Shown here in pieces: positions 20,169 through 30,524 of a stretch of DNA of 64,000 bases. Under the pieces are notes generated by a model. It made no database searches. It saw only the letters and a list, made by a program, of their open reading frames with translations, and was not told the DNA's origin. The translations under genes were made by a program, and so were the position numbers. Source of the stretch: Candidatus Latescibacterota bacterium (GTDB taxonomy: Bacteria > Latescibacterota > UBA2968 > UBA8231); NCBI GenBank assembly GCA_965261395.1, contig OZ253462.1, positions 2,816,001-2,880,000 of the forward strand, in the 5' to 3' direction. Each line of letters starts with the position of its first letter. The stretch's first letter is position 1.

Positions 20169-21640
20169 TTACATCGCCGTCGCAAACACCTTCGCCCGGC
20201 CCATGTGCAGACGAATGGCCACCTGTCTGCCGCGCAAGGCCGACAAATCGCTGCTGCCCCGCCACGTCGCCACCCCAGCCAACTCGTCGCCAGCCAGCAA
20301 GTCGGCCTCCTCTAACCCAAAGCCCTCTATGGCCTGCACCGGCGCAGCCGGCGAAGAGGGCGGCCCGACCAGTTCGGCCTTGATCCAACCGCCTTCCTTT
20401 TGCGTCTGGAAATTGAGCGTCAGCTCGCGGCCCTCGCACTCGCGTTCAACCAGCGTTACGCGGCCTTCAACCAGCGCTTCGAGCGCTACCAGCCGATCTC
20501 GCTTCCAAGTGGCCCAACGCCATTCCGAGGGGCGACCCGGTTCGTACCGCTCTCCCCAATCGTGCAAGTCGTACTGCCAATGAACATCACGCCCCATGTC
20601 TCCGGGTCGAGCGGGACCAAGTCCGGGAAGGCAAACACCATGCCGTACCCTTCAGGCTCAGGGGAGATGATGGGCTTGCGCTCGGGCCGGCTCCACAACA
20701 AGCCGTCGCGGCTAGTCGCCAATTGCACATCCACAGTGGCCGTCCAGCGGTGGTACATGGCTGGGAACATCAAATGGAAGCCGCCGTGGGGATAGCGGCA
20801 ATAGCCCGACGCGTACACGTCGTCATCTATGGGATCTTGCGGATCCGCGCCGAATACCGGCCGCGGCGGCGACCATTTCCCGAACTCCGCGCCCTCGGTG
20901 CGGCGCACGATGCGGCGGCGATTTTGATGGCCGCGCAAATAGGCCACGTATTGACCGGCTTCCGCGTCGTACGCAGCGATGTTGTGGCTGTCGAGTCCGG
21001 TGCGACCCACGTTCAAAAGCGGCTCCTCCAAGAAGGTCCACTGCTTGCCATCGGGCGACACCGCACCTTTGAGCAAGCCGACGAAATACAAAGCTGCAGC
21101 CCGCTGCTCTGGCGTGTAGCCGGCCTCTGTCATGGCGCGGCGAATGGCCCACTTGCGCTCCCGAGTCATCGCGGGCACCGGCACTCCCTCGTGATAGGTA
21201 ATGGAATCGCGCGCCATCGCTTTGTAACGAGCCTCCGGCGGGGCCATCGGATCCACAAACACGGATTGCAACCCAAAGTCGCCGAAGCGGAAGAGCAAGT
21301 TGTTGGCCGTGCTGCCGCCGTACTCTTGCAAATGCAGGGCCGGGCGTTGCCAACAAAAGCCGTCCGTGCTCTCGGCGTACGCAATGAAGGGAGGTTGGTC
21401 ATCCCCAGCGCCGCGGGCGATGTACCACATCTTCAGCACGTCGCCATCGCAGAGCACAACCTGCGGCGTCAGACCGCCCGCTTCCCAGGGGTGTTCCGGC
21501 GCGATGAAGACCGGGGATTTACTCGCCTCCTGCACGGCCAACCGCACGCCGACCGGCGGGTCTTGCACCCAGGCTTGGCCGCCTTCGATGCCGGCTTGGC
21601 CGGCCCATACGCCATACCAATCGAGAAAGGGCTGTGGCAT
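20169..21640 (-). pseudogene. Five-bladed beta-propeller glycoside hydrolase-like protein (GH32/43 clan-like), 1-nt frameshift near 20575
   Basis: ORFs 20486..21640 and 20169..20597 join if GGCAG is read GGC-CAG (..FIG|QYDLHDWG..); AYAESTDG, SPDG, SRDG Asp-box-like motifs. May be a sequencing error. Confidence 0.65.
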
Positions 21641-21643
21641 GGC

Positions 21644-22306
21644 TTAGGTCGGCCAGTTCTGGTGGACCAAAAGGCGCAAGCGGTCGGTTTCGCTCAGGCG
21701 ATTTTTGATCTCCCCTGCGAACTCCGCCAAGGTTTGCTCCACCGTGGCGTCGGACGTGTCGAGGGCGAATTTCTTGCGGATGAGCGAATCGCGGAATTCC
21801 TCCTCAAAGCGCTGCAACACGTACTCGATATCCTTTTCCTGTACCACCGGCCGCTCGTGCGGCTGCGCGCGCATGCGCTGGGCAATGACTTCGGGCTGCG
21901 CGCGCACCAGCACGAGCACCGTATCGGGCGCGTGCTGCATGATCTCCTCGTCGAAGGCACGAGCCAGCGCGGCGCGGTCGGCGTACTCGCCTCGGCCCCC
22001 GTAGCCGTAGTACAAAGGCGCGTACACGGCCTCTTCAATGTGGAAACCCACTAAGTTGTGGTCCGGGTCGCTGTAGAAAGCGGGATGGAAGTGGTAGTTC
22101 ATCATGTAGCGCTGGAACATCTCCTTCAGCCGCGGGCTGAGCGCCAGCAGTTGCTCCTGTTCCTCTACGGGGAACTCGTTGCACGGCAGGCTGAAGTGGT
22201 CGTGGAAAGTGCGCGACGAACCAAAAGTGCGCTCGATCCAACCGACGATAGAGTTGGCCAAAGTCGTCTTGCCAGCGTATTCGCAACCTACGAGGATCAG
22301 TCTCAT
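21644..22306 (-). CDS. P-loop nucleoside monophosphate kinase-like protein
   Basis: N-terminal LILVGCEYAGKTT Walker A; NMP-kinase-like layout. Confidence 0.7.
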   Translation of the reverse strand: MRLILVGCEYAGKTTLANSIVGWIERTFGSSRTFHDHFSLPCNEFPVEEQEQLLALSPRLKEMFQRYMMNYHFHPAFYSDPDHNLVGFHIEEAVYAPLYYGYGGRGEYADRAALARAFDEEIMQHAPDTVLVLVRAQPEVIAQRMRAQPHERPVVQEKDIEYVLQRFEEEFRDSLIRKKFALDTSDATVEQTLAEFAGEIKNRLSETDRLRLLVHQNWPT

Positions 22307-22347
22307 GTTGCCTCCTTCTGAATGCCCAAAGGGGCGCGATTAGTGAT

Positions 22348-24651
22348 CTAATAAACAACGGCAACTATGCGCCACCTGCTATGGCTTTCTTCGTCGCCTT
22401 CGACGCGCAATCCCACCACGTACAGCCCTGGCGTTACCTTCACCCCCCAACTCCCTCGGCCATCCCAAACCCAAGCCCGACCACCAGCCTTGCCCTCCTC
22501 TTCTCGCACCCACACCAACCGCCCCGCAAGGTCAAAAATCCGCAGGCCGATCCACCGCGCGGCCAAGACATTGACCAAGTCGAATTCCACCCGCAGCGCG
22601 TCGTTGACCCCGTCGCCATTCGGCGTCAATGTCGGTGGCCCTATCGCCACGTTGGCCAACAACCGTGCCCCCACGGGCAAGCGCACGGCATTGGTGCTGC
22701 TAGCAACCTCTGCGTACGCGTCGCCCGCATCCACCCGCTGCCGCAACAGCGCGTCGGCGGGGCCTTGGGCAATAAAGGCGTCAAAGCGCGTGGCATCGAC
22801 AAACACGGTTCCGGCAAAGCGCAGTTCCACTAGCTGACGGCTCTTAACCGGCGCGGCCAAGGCGACCGCCAATCCCCCTTCCGTCGGATAATCCGTCGCT
22901 TCCACCACCTCGCCCTCCACCAACACCGCCACAAACTCAATCGGCGCGGAGGTCTCCACCTCCAAGTGGTCAAAGCCGCGACCCGCCACCTGCTGTGGAC
23001 GAATGTAATAGGCAAACTCGGTGCGCTCCCCAGGCTGCACTTCGACCGGAAAAATCTCCCCCACCACTTCTTGCGCCACCGGGTCGCCGAACTCGATCTC
23101 CAGCCAATCTAAGGCCGCCCCCGCATCCGGCCGCTCGGATACCAAGGCGACCTCCAACTCGGCGTATTGTCGCGGCGAAGGCGAAGCAAACGGCTCGCCC
23201 GGCTGCAAGTACAGCTTGCTCCACGGGCTCCAATTGGCCCCCGGCGACAGCGCGGTGTCGATCCGGCCCTTAAAGGACGGGATGAGCTTGTCGTACTTTC
23301 GCTCGGTGACGACTCGGCCGTTTTTGTCGTGATAAGTGATGTCCATTTGCAGGTCATTGCCCGTGCGGCTGCGCACCTCCATCCGCGTCCCAGCGGGCGC
23401 GTCGGCCTGCCAGCGGATCGCGTGGACCTGCTTGTCGCCGCCGAGATCAATCAGGGGCGAAGGCAACACCACCCGCTGCGGATGCCCCTCGCCAAAGACC
23501 TGCAACTCGCGCGTGCCGCCCCAAAACTGGCAGGGCGGCACAATGCCGCAGCCCACGCAAGCGGCCGCACAGGCCGCGTCCCAAAACACCCATTCGACCC
23601 GCACGTAGCGCGTCTTGATCGGCTCAAAGTGGTGATTGGCGATCCCGAGCTGGCGATTGGACATCGTAGCTTTACCCGCGAATTGCCGGTTCCAGATGCG
23701 CGTACCATTTGGTGCCAGCGACCCATCCGCGGTTAGCACCTCGTAGCGGTCGAAGTTGAAGCGGAATTGCCCGGGCCGCGACAAAAAATTCCCGACGATG
23801 CGCACCAAATCCACCCAATAAACCGCGCCCAAGTCCAAGGTCATGCGCGAGATCACATCAACCGGGCGGTTGATGCGGCGGTTTTCCGACCACAGGGAAA
23901 ACCGGCCGTCGGCCAGCGGTAGCGAGTTGGCAAACGACGCCGCGTCGCCAAAGCCGTCGATATCGACGATGATTTCCAAGCCCCCGCCCTTGGCCGCCAG
24001 ATCCAAGGAGAGGTTGTCGCCGATGGCTTCGACCTCCACCTCGGCCAGCGCGGCCTCGGCTCCACAGTCGAGCACTTCGACGCGGATAAATTGCACAAAC
24101 GGATCGCGCACCGGGTCCAGCTCCAGCGCGACTTGCTGCCGTTGGTTTTCCTTGAAGCGCTCCTGCACGCGGTACACGAGGCTACCTTCCATGGGGTTGC
24201 CGACCACGTCGATGGCTGGCTCTCCAGTGGAAAGCAACACGTCGAACAGCGCGCACGGCGGAGCAGTCTCCAAAAAGGTCAGCGCTACCCGGCGCGCCGC
24301 CACAGCTCGTCCCAAGTCGATCTCGATCCACCAATCGTCTGGATCATCGGCCAAGTCGGGACTCCAGCCGGTTAGCCGATCCCCGTCAATAGCCCGTGTA
24401 GCGGCTTGCCGATTGGAACCCGCGGCCCGAATGCCTCCGCCAAAAGCCCCAGCATCGAGCACTGGATCGACGTTTTTGCGGATTTCGACCGGGCGGATGA
24501 CTCCAGCGTTGTCGAGTGCAATAATCCCTAGCGGCAAGCGCCAAGTCCGCCACTCATCGGCCGCGTCAAAGCGAAGCTGCTCGGCGGCGAGCGCAGTTGG
24601 GAACAATACGCTGACGCCCCACAGGGCGGCGTGGAGTACCTTGCAAACCAT
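22348..24651 (-). CDS. Secreted protein with discoidin/F5-8-like and C-terminal FlgD-Ig domains
   Basis: ATG 24651 after GGAGG; signal peptide; AIDGDRLTGW, WIEIDLG; C-terminal TPNGDGVND...IFDLAGRLV...WDG...PGLYVV. Confidence 0.8.
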   Translation of the reverse strand: MVCKVLHAALWGVSVLFPTALAAEQLRFDAADEWRTWRLPLGIIALDNAGVIRPVEIRKNVDPVLDAGAFGGGIRAAGSNRQAATRAIDGDRLTGWSPDLADDPDDWWIEIDLGRAVAARRVALTFLETAPPCALFDVLLSTGEPAIDVVGNPMEGSLVYRVQERFKENQRQQVALELDPVRDPFVQFIRVEVLDCGAEAALAEVEVEAIGDNLSLDLAAKGGGLEIIVDIDGFGDAASFANSLPLADGRFSLWSENRRINRPVDVISRMTLDLGAVYWVDLVRIVGNFLSRPGQFRFNFDRYEVLTADGSLAPNGTRIWNRQFAGKATMSNRQLGIANHHFEPIKTRYVRVEWVFWDAACAAACVGCGIVPPCQFWGGTRELQVFGEGHPQRVVLPSPLIDLGGDKQVHAIRWQADAPAGTRMEVRSRTGNDLQMDITYHDKNGRVVTERKYDKLIPSFKGRIDTALSPGANWSPWSKLYLQPGEPFASPSPRQYAELEVALVSERPDAGAALDWLEIEFGDPVAQEVVGEIFPVEVQPGERTEFAYYIRPQQVAGRGFDHLEVETSAPIEFVAVLVEGEVVEATDYPTEGGLAVALAAPVKSRQLVELRFAGTVFVDATRFDAFIAQGPADALLRQRVDAGDAYAEVASSTNAVRLPVGARLLANVAIGPPTLTPNGDGVNDALRVEFDLVNVLAARWIGLRIFDLAGRLVWVREEEGKAGGRAWVWDGRGSWGVKVTPGLYVVGLRVEGDEESHSRWRIVAVVY

Positions 24652-24827
24652 GATGCCTCCTATAATCATCGGTCGCCCCGGCTGGCGTCGAGCCGCCGCA
24701 AGCGACGCGGAGCCATAGTAGTATATCGAACCGCGCTTCTCCATCCAATCCGCGCTTGCCTCTTGCACGTTGCCCTTGTTATTGTAGAGGCACGCCCACC
24801 AACCGCGCACCCACCGGAGGAAAAGCA

Positions 24828-25835
24828 ATGCCCGCGCTCACATCCCACCAACTCGATCACTTTGCCAGCGAAGGCTACGTCGTCGTCAAGGGCGTCCTCG
24901 ATCCGGGCACCACCCTCGACCCGGTCATCGACGAATACGCCACGGTCCTCGACAGCTTGGCCGACGCGCTCTACGCTCAGGGCGAAATCACCTCGCGCTA
25001 CGAAGAACTCGAGTTTGGCGACCGCTACATCCAGATCTGCGTTGAAACCGGCCGCGTCCACAGCCAGTACTTCGACTTCTCGCTGCCCTTTCAAAACGTC
25101 CAGCCCGACACCCCCTTCTGGGCCGGGCCGTCCGTCTTCCGCGCCTTCACCGACCCCAACCTGCTCGACGTCGTCGAGTCGCTGATTGGCCCGGAGATCT
25201 ATTCCAATCCCGTCCAGCACGTGCGCATCAAGCCGCCCGAGAGCTACCTGCCCAAAAACCAGTTCGGCAACGCCATCCTCGGGGCTACCCAGTGGCACCA
25301 AGACCACGGCGTCGTAACCGAGGAAGCCGACGACACGCGGATGCTGACAGTGTGGTTCTCGCTGCAAGACACCCCCATCGAGAAAGGGCCGCTGATGGTC
25401 GCGCCCGGCTCGCACAAAAACGGCCTTTTGCCCCACTGCCCCAACTACATGGACAACGCGCCGCAATTCGCGGGTGCGGCCCAAGTCCCGGAAAAGCTCT
25501 TCGCCGCTGATCGGGCCATCCCCCTACCGGTTGAGCGCGGCGACGTCATTTTCGTCCACAAGCAGACCGTCCACGGCTCCTACTCTAACGTCAGCGACGA
25601 GGTCCGCTGGAGCTTTGACTTGCGCTACAATCCCGCCGACCAGCCCACCGGGCGTATCGCCTTCCCTGGGTTTGTCGCCCGCAGCCGCCGCGACCCGGAC
25701 AGCGAGCTGCGCGATCCGGCCGAGTGGCATCGGCTGTGGCTAGAGGCGCGGGCCAGAATGGCGGCCATCAATCAGGGCGACCAGATCGACGTTCCCTTCC
25801 GCCGTGCGCAAATGGCGCATCCTCTGTGCGCCTAA
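24828..25835 (+). CDS. Phytanoyl-CoA dioxygenase (PhyH) family
   Basis: EGYVVV, WHQD, PGSH, HGS, RWSFDLRY; ATG 24828 after GGAGG. Confidence 0.9.
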   Translation: MPALTSHQLDHFASEGYVVVKGVLDPGTTLDPVIDEYATVLDSLADALYAQGEITSRYEELEFGDRYIQICVETGRVHSQYFDFSLPFQNVQPDTPFWAGPSVFRAFTDPNLLDVVESLIGPEIYSNPVQHVRIKPPESYLPKNQFGNAILGATQWHQDHGVVTEEADDTRMLTVWFSLQDTPIEKGPLMVAPGSHKNGLLPHCPNYMDNAPQFAGAAQVPEKLFAADRAIPLPVERGDVIFVHKQTVHGSYSNVSDEVRWSFDLRYNPADQPTGRIAFPGFVARSRRDPDSELRDPAEWHRLWLEARARMAAINQGDQIDVPFRRAQMAHPLCA

Positions 25836-25840
25836 ACGCC

Positions 25841-26869
25841 ATGCAACCATTCGACCGCTACGCCGACCTGCTCACCTATATCCAAGACAACGGCCACACC
25901 CCACAGATCCTCGGCCGCGCGCCCGACGGACAACCCATCGTCGCGGTCAAAAGCGGCGGCGACAAAACACCGGCAATCTTCATCAGCGCCGGTAGCCACT
26001 CCACCGAACAGGCCGGCGTCAGCGCGGCTTGTGCCCTCATCGACGATATCGAGACCGAGCACCAGCTCTACACCATCCCCAGCCGCGATCCCATCGGCAT
26101 GAATGGCTTGGCTTACGCACTCGGCCTAAGTCTAGATGCAGCCCCGAATCTCAACGGCCTCGACGAGGTCGCCCCCTTGCTCAAAGAGCGCGGCGAAGTC
26201 CTCTATGGCGAAGACGATACCGTGGTCGCCCTCATCGGTGAGTACGGCTACGCGACGGGCAACCTGTACAACCATCCGGTAGGAGCTTGGGTCGAAGCAC
26301 TCAAGGGGCGTCGGCTCTACTTTGCCGCCAGCAATCCCGGCGTCGAGCGCGCGTACACGCTGGTGATTGACCCCGCCGGCGAAGTTCTCCACCTCAACCG
26401 TTTCCACGATACCCCTTGGGCACCCGTTGAGTCGCGCTGCACTCGCGACCTGATGGCCGCCATACAGCCCGGCCTGACGCTGGACCTCCACGAGCACGGG
26501 GGCGACTTCTTCTGGTTCTCGGCGCGGCACCAGCGCACCCCCAGCGACCAGCAGTGGGAGGAGACCATGGCCAGCGAGATGATCGCTGCGGTCGCGGCCT
26601 CCGGTGTGGCTCTCGCCCCGAGCGACTATTTGCCTGGGTCTTTTTTTACCAAGGGGCCGCGCAGCGTCTTCTGGCTCAACCCCCAACAGCGCGGCGAGGG
26701 CTTCAATCTCGCCGACTTTGCCGCGCAAACCTACGGCTTGGCCTTCACCATTGAGACCGGCATGGAACTGCCCTTTGCCGAGCGGGTCCACACCGCAAAG
26801 ATCGTCGTGCAAAAGGCCGTCGAGGTCTTTGCAAGACGCCACGCCGGATGCTCCTCGGCCGCGCCCTAA
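25841..26869 (+). CDS. M14-like zinc carboxypeptidase/deacylase
   Basis: AGSHSTE (HxxE), LNR, LDLHE, FTIET. Confidence 0.75.
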   Translation: MQPFDRYADLLTYIQDNGHTPQILGRAPDGQPIVAVKSGGDKTPAIFISAGSHSTEQAGVSAACALIDDIETEHQLYTIPSRDPIGMNGLAYALGLSLDAAPNLNGLDEVAPLLKERGEVLYGEDDTVVALIGEYGYATGNLYNHPVGAWVEALKGRRLYFAASNPGVERAYTLVIDPAGEVLHLNRFHDTPWAPVESRCTRDLMAAIQPGLTLDLHEHGGDFFWFSARHQRTPSDQQWEETMASEMIAAVAASGVALAPSDYLPGSFFTKGPRSVFWLNPQQRGEGFNLADFAAQTYGLAFTIETGMELPFAERVHTAKIVVQKAVEVFARRHAGCSSAAP

Positions 26870-28104
26870 GCCGCTTTCGGCTGCGGGAATTCAACCGCAA
26901 TGTCCGGCTATTTTTCGCTTTTGGCACCTCGATCAACGCCGGCATGGCGCTCTTTTCCCTGCTGTACAATCTCTATCTACTGCGTCTGAGCTACCAAGAG
27001 GACTTTATCGGCCAAGTCGCCAGCATGGCGCCGCTGGCGACCGGCCTGTTGGCGCTGCCCACCGGCATCCTGAGCGACCGCCTCGGCCGCAAGCCCTTCC
27101 TCATAGCCTCGGGCCTGCTGCTGGCAGTCTCCCAGTTGGGCCTGTGTTTGACCACGTCGCCGGGCGCGATGCTGGCGTTCTCGTTTGTCGGCGGCGTGGC
27201 CATGGCCTTCGTCTGGGTCAACCATGTCCCCTTCCTCTCGGACAATGCCCATCCGGCGCGACGCGCCGAAGCCCTCGCCATCTGGTCGGCCCTGCAAATA
27301 GTCGTCCGCATGCTCTTGAGCTTAGTCGGCGGCTTCATGCCCGGGGTCATGGGCTATTTCCTCGGCCTTTCCACCGAGGCCCCCGCGCCCTTCCGCTACG
27401 CGCTGTTCCTCGGCGCGGCTTGTTCGCTTATCGCCATCGTACCGCTGTTGTACGCATCCAGTCCGGCCCGTCGCGAAAGAGCACCCACGCCAACCCGGTC
27501 ATCGGACGAGGACAAGCCAGCATCCTCGCCGTGGCGCATCTTTGCCGGCATTACCGCCTTGAGTGGCACGCGCGGTTTCTCCATGGGGCTGACGTACCCG
27601 TTCTTCAACGTATTCTTCGAGTCCGAGCTGGGCGTCGGCCCGGCTGCAATCGGCGCGATCTTCTTTCTCAGCCAACTCGTCAGCCTGCCAGCGACCTTCG
27701 CCGCGCCGACGCTGGTGCGCCGCTTCGGACCGACGCTAACCATCCTCCCGGCTCGCACCGCGAGCGGCAGTGCCCTCGGGATCATGGGAGCCTTTATCAG
27801 CCTGCCGTTAGCCGTGCTCATGTTCCTGCTCGTGCGCATCGGCGAAGTCATCGACAATCCGTCCGACCAGCACTTCTCCACCCAAGTGCTGCCCCGACGC
27901 TATTGGGCACGGATCCAGGGCCTGCGCGTCTGCGGCTTCCAGCTTTTGAGCTTCCTCGGCAGCCTCATAGGCGGCACGCTCATTCTCGACTATGGCTATG
28001 GGGCCGCCTTTGGCCTGGCCTGCGCGTCGCGGATTGCGAGCGGCCTAATCATGGCGGCTTTTTTCGGGCTGCGGCCAGCGCGTCCTCTTGCAGGAGAGCG
28101 TTAG
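26848..28104 (+). CDS. MFS transporter
   Basis: GILSDRLGRKP motif A; about 12 hydrophobic segments. Confidence 0.9.
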   Translation: MLLGRALSRFRLREFNRNVRLFFAFGTSINAGMALFSLLYNLYLLRLSYQEDFIGQVASMAPLATGLLALPTGILSDRLGRKPFLIASGLLLAVSQLGLCLTTSPGAMLAFSFVGGVAMAFVWVNHVPFLSDNAHPARRAEALAIWSALQIVVRMLLSLVGGFMPGVMGYFLGLSTEAPAPFRYALFLGAACSLIAIVPLLYASSPARRERAPTPTRSSDEDKPASSPWRIFAGITALSGTRGFSMGLTYPFFNVFFESELGVGPAAIGAIFFLSQLVSLPATFAAPTLVRRFGPTLTILPARTASGSALGIMGAFISLPLAVLMFLLVRIGEVIDNPSDQHFSTQVLPRRYWARIQGLRVCGFQLLSFLGSLIGGTLILDYGYGAAFGLACASRIASGLIMAAFFGLRPARPLAGER

Positions 28105-28236
28105 CGCAATTTATTCTCGTGGCAATCCAATAGAGCGCTTCCTGCACAACGACGAATTTCCTATTGACACAGACGCTACGCCCTGATAGTGGTTAGGGGG
28201 AAGTTGCTGTTGGCCACTAACCAAAAGAGGTCCCCC

Positions 28237-30201
28237 ATGCGACATGCGTTTGCCCTTGCATTAATGCTAAGCGGTCTGTCGGCGCGTTCATGGGCGGTAG
28301 ATGAGTTTCGCCTCGGCGGCACGGAGCCGTGGGCGACGTGGACCGGGCAACTGCGGATGATAGACGACGTTACCGACCCATCCGTACTCCAGCCGCGCGA
28401 ACTCAAACCCGGCGAAAACTTGCTCCCCCAATTAGGGCCTTGGTATCGCTGGCGATCCCCCGGAGAATCCACCTATCGCCTAGGCGATGCCCGCATCTGG
28501 CGCGGGATCAACTACCTCCGCCCACGCGCCGAGCCACGCGACTTTGTCGATGGCGACCTCACGACCTTCTTTGCGGCGCAAACCTACTCCGAGTCCAACG
28601 AATTCTACACCATTGACCTCGGCGTGCCCGTGCCGGTGGATCGCTTTGCGTTCTATCCACCCGAGGGGCGGGACGCGTTCACCCAAGAGCCGTATCGCCC
28701 CAACTTCGCCTTTGCCAAATACGAACTCTCCGGCAGCCTCGATCCAGCCGGCGTCGCCAAGGAAGAGGGCACCCACTACCGGCCCTTGGACATCCTGCTA
28801 TCTAGCATCGATCTGAACACCGAAGCCGTCGTACATATCGAGTTCCCGCTGCAATACCTGCGCTTTCTGCGCATCTACTTCTTCCCAGACATCGGCTGGT
28901 TCTACAACAAGTTCGCCTTGGCTGAGCTAGAGGTGTCCGGCCGGGGATTCCCGCCGCAAGCCGTGTGGACGTCGCAAGTAATCGATTTAGGGCAAACGGT
29001 CAACATCGGGCACGTGCGCTTTGGCGCGAGCAAGTGGCGGCGCGCAGACGACCAAATCGCCGCCGCGCCCGCCGCGCCAACATCCGCGCAAGTAGAAATC
29101 AAGACCGGCCTAGACCCCACACCCACCGGCTATCACGGGTACGACGACATCGGCCAACTCGTGGAAGTAACGCAAAGCGCATACGAACGGCTCAAGCAGC
29201 GCACTTGGCCCTGGGATCCCCTGGCCGTGGGCTGGCGCGGCCCCATTATTGACGACGCGGACAACTGGAGCTTTTGGTCGCCGCCACTGCGCCATTCCGG
29301 CGAGCTACCACGGGTACCGAGCGGCCGCTACCTGCAGCTGCGCCTGACGCTGGAGACCGAAACGCTGTGGGATTTTACGCGCTTGGATTCGCTGGTAATT
29401 GAGCATTCTCCGCTGCTAGCCGAACGAGTGGTGGGCGAGGTAGCCGCGGCCAGCGACCTACAGCCCATAGGCCACATCGCCGAGGTACCGGCCGGGCAAA
29501 AGATCGAGTTAGTCTGCGACCTGCGGGCCGAATTCGCGGCGGAGCAGGCCGGTTTTGACGCGGTGCGCCTGACCCTGCCCAGCGCGGGTGCCCTACTCGG
29601 CTTGGAGATGGGCGATCCCCCGCAGCCGGTGACTGCCGACAGCTTAATCGCCGAACCCGAGGGCCTAGCGATCTACTTGCCCGAACCCATCCGCGACGGG
29701 GGGGCGCAAACGCTGCGCTTGCATTTGGAAACCATCATGTACACGGCTTCGGGCACCGTGCAAGCCGAGGTGTTCACACGCGCTGGACAGAGTCTGCCGC
29801 AGCAAGTGGAAGGGGGCGACGCCAGCGACGCTTTGGGCACGGATCAACTGCGCATGGTCGCCAGCGGGCGGGCATTGGATGAGGTGTTGGGAGCGATAGA
29901 GGTGCGACCGACCGCGTTCACCCCTCAGGGCGACGGCATCAACGACCACGTAACGATCCAGTACGCCTTATTCCGCTTGCTAGCCGCCGCCGAAGTAGAG
30001 CTGGAAATCTACGCGCTCGACGGCCGCTCCACGTGGCGGCAAACCCTCGGTGCACAGCTCAACGGCCGCCATCAAGCGATGTGGAACGGGCGCGACGAGC
30101 AGGAGCAACTCGTCGCGCCCGGAATATACGTCGTGCAAGTGCGCGCCCAAACCGACCAAGGGCAATGGACGCAGGAACACAGCTTCGCCGTGGTCTATTA
30201 A
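28237..30201 (+). CDS. Secreted protein with C-terminal FlgD-Ig domain (paralogue of 22348..24651)
   Basis: Signal peptide; VDGDLTT, IDLG; FTPQGDGIND...WNGRD...VAPGIY; ends FAVVY like its paralogue. Confidence 0.8.
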   Translation: MRHAFALALMLSGLSARSWAVDEFRLGGTEPWATWTGQLRMIDDVTDPSVLQPRELKPGENLLPQLGPWYRWRSPGESTYRLGDARIWRGINYLRPRAEPRDFVDGDLTTFFAAQTYSESNEFYTIDLGVPVPVDRFAFYPPEGRDAFTQEPYRPNFAFAKYELSGSLDPAGVAKEEGTHYRPLDILLSSIDLNTEAVVHIEFPLQYLRFLRIYFFPDIGWFYNKFALAELEVSGRGFPPQAVWTSQVIDLGQTVNIGHVRFGASKWRRADDQIAAAPAAPTSAQVEIKTGLDPTPTGYHGYDDIGQLVEVTQSAYERLKQRTWPWDPLAVGWRGPIIDDADNWSFWSPPLRHSGELPRVPSGRYLQLRLTLETETLWDFTRLDSLVIEHSPLLAERVVGEVAAASDLQPIGHIAEVPAGQKIELVCDLRAEFAAEQAGFDAVRLTLPSAGALLGLEMGDPPQPVTADSLIAEPEGLAIYLPEPIRDGGAQTLRLHLETIMYTASGTVQAEVFTRAGQSLPQQVEGGDASDALGTDQLRMVASGRALDEVLGAIEVRPTAFTPQGDGINDHVTIQYALFRLLAAAEVELEIYALDGRSTWRQTLGAQLNGRHQAMWNGRDEQEQLVAPGIYVVQVRAQTDQGQWTQEHSFAVVY

Positions 30202-30485
30202 AAAAGCCCCTGATTGCTCAGGGGCTTGTAGCGGATGGCGACCGCCACGCGGCGCACCATGTGGGCGATGCGGCCGGCCAGCTCGTCGGGCAGCGTGTAG
30301 ACGTTCTCAATGTGTGCCAGCGGGATCACCAGCGCCTTGCCGGGGTTGGCTGGGTTCCAGTGCAGTGCAATCTGCACCAGAACATACTCGTTGCGCCACG
30401 CCGTAAACTCGGATTCCGCGCCGCCTGCTATTGTGCAGAACGGGCAGCGGTAACCGGCCGGCTCGTGCGAAGGTAGCTCAACCAT
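30198..30485 (-). pseudogene. HIT family protein, 3'-truncated
   Basis: HEPAGYRCPFC...NPGKALVIP..HIENVYTLP; no HxHxH motif; the frame runs into the terminator. Confidence 0.7.
30204..30227. terminator. Hairpin terminator between convergent genes
   Basis: AAGCCCCTGA-TTGC-TCAGGGGCTT preceded by an A-run. Confidence 0.75.
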
Positions 30486-30524
30486 AACGGCATGGATTTC
30501 CAGAGGCGGGGCCACCAAATTCGC

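Noticed and set aside
26604-28133. 509-aa alternative-frame ORF and many other long overlapping ORFs (e.g. 20723..22054, 7782..8675)
   Set aside because: Shadow ORFs typical of high-GC DNA; they overlap well-supported genes and have no motifs.
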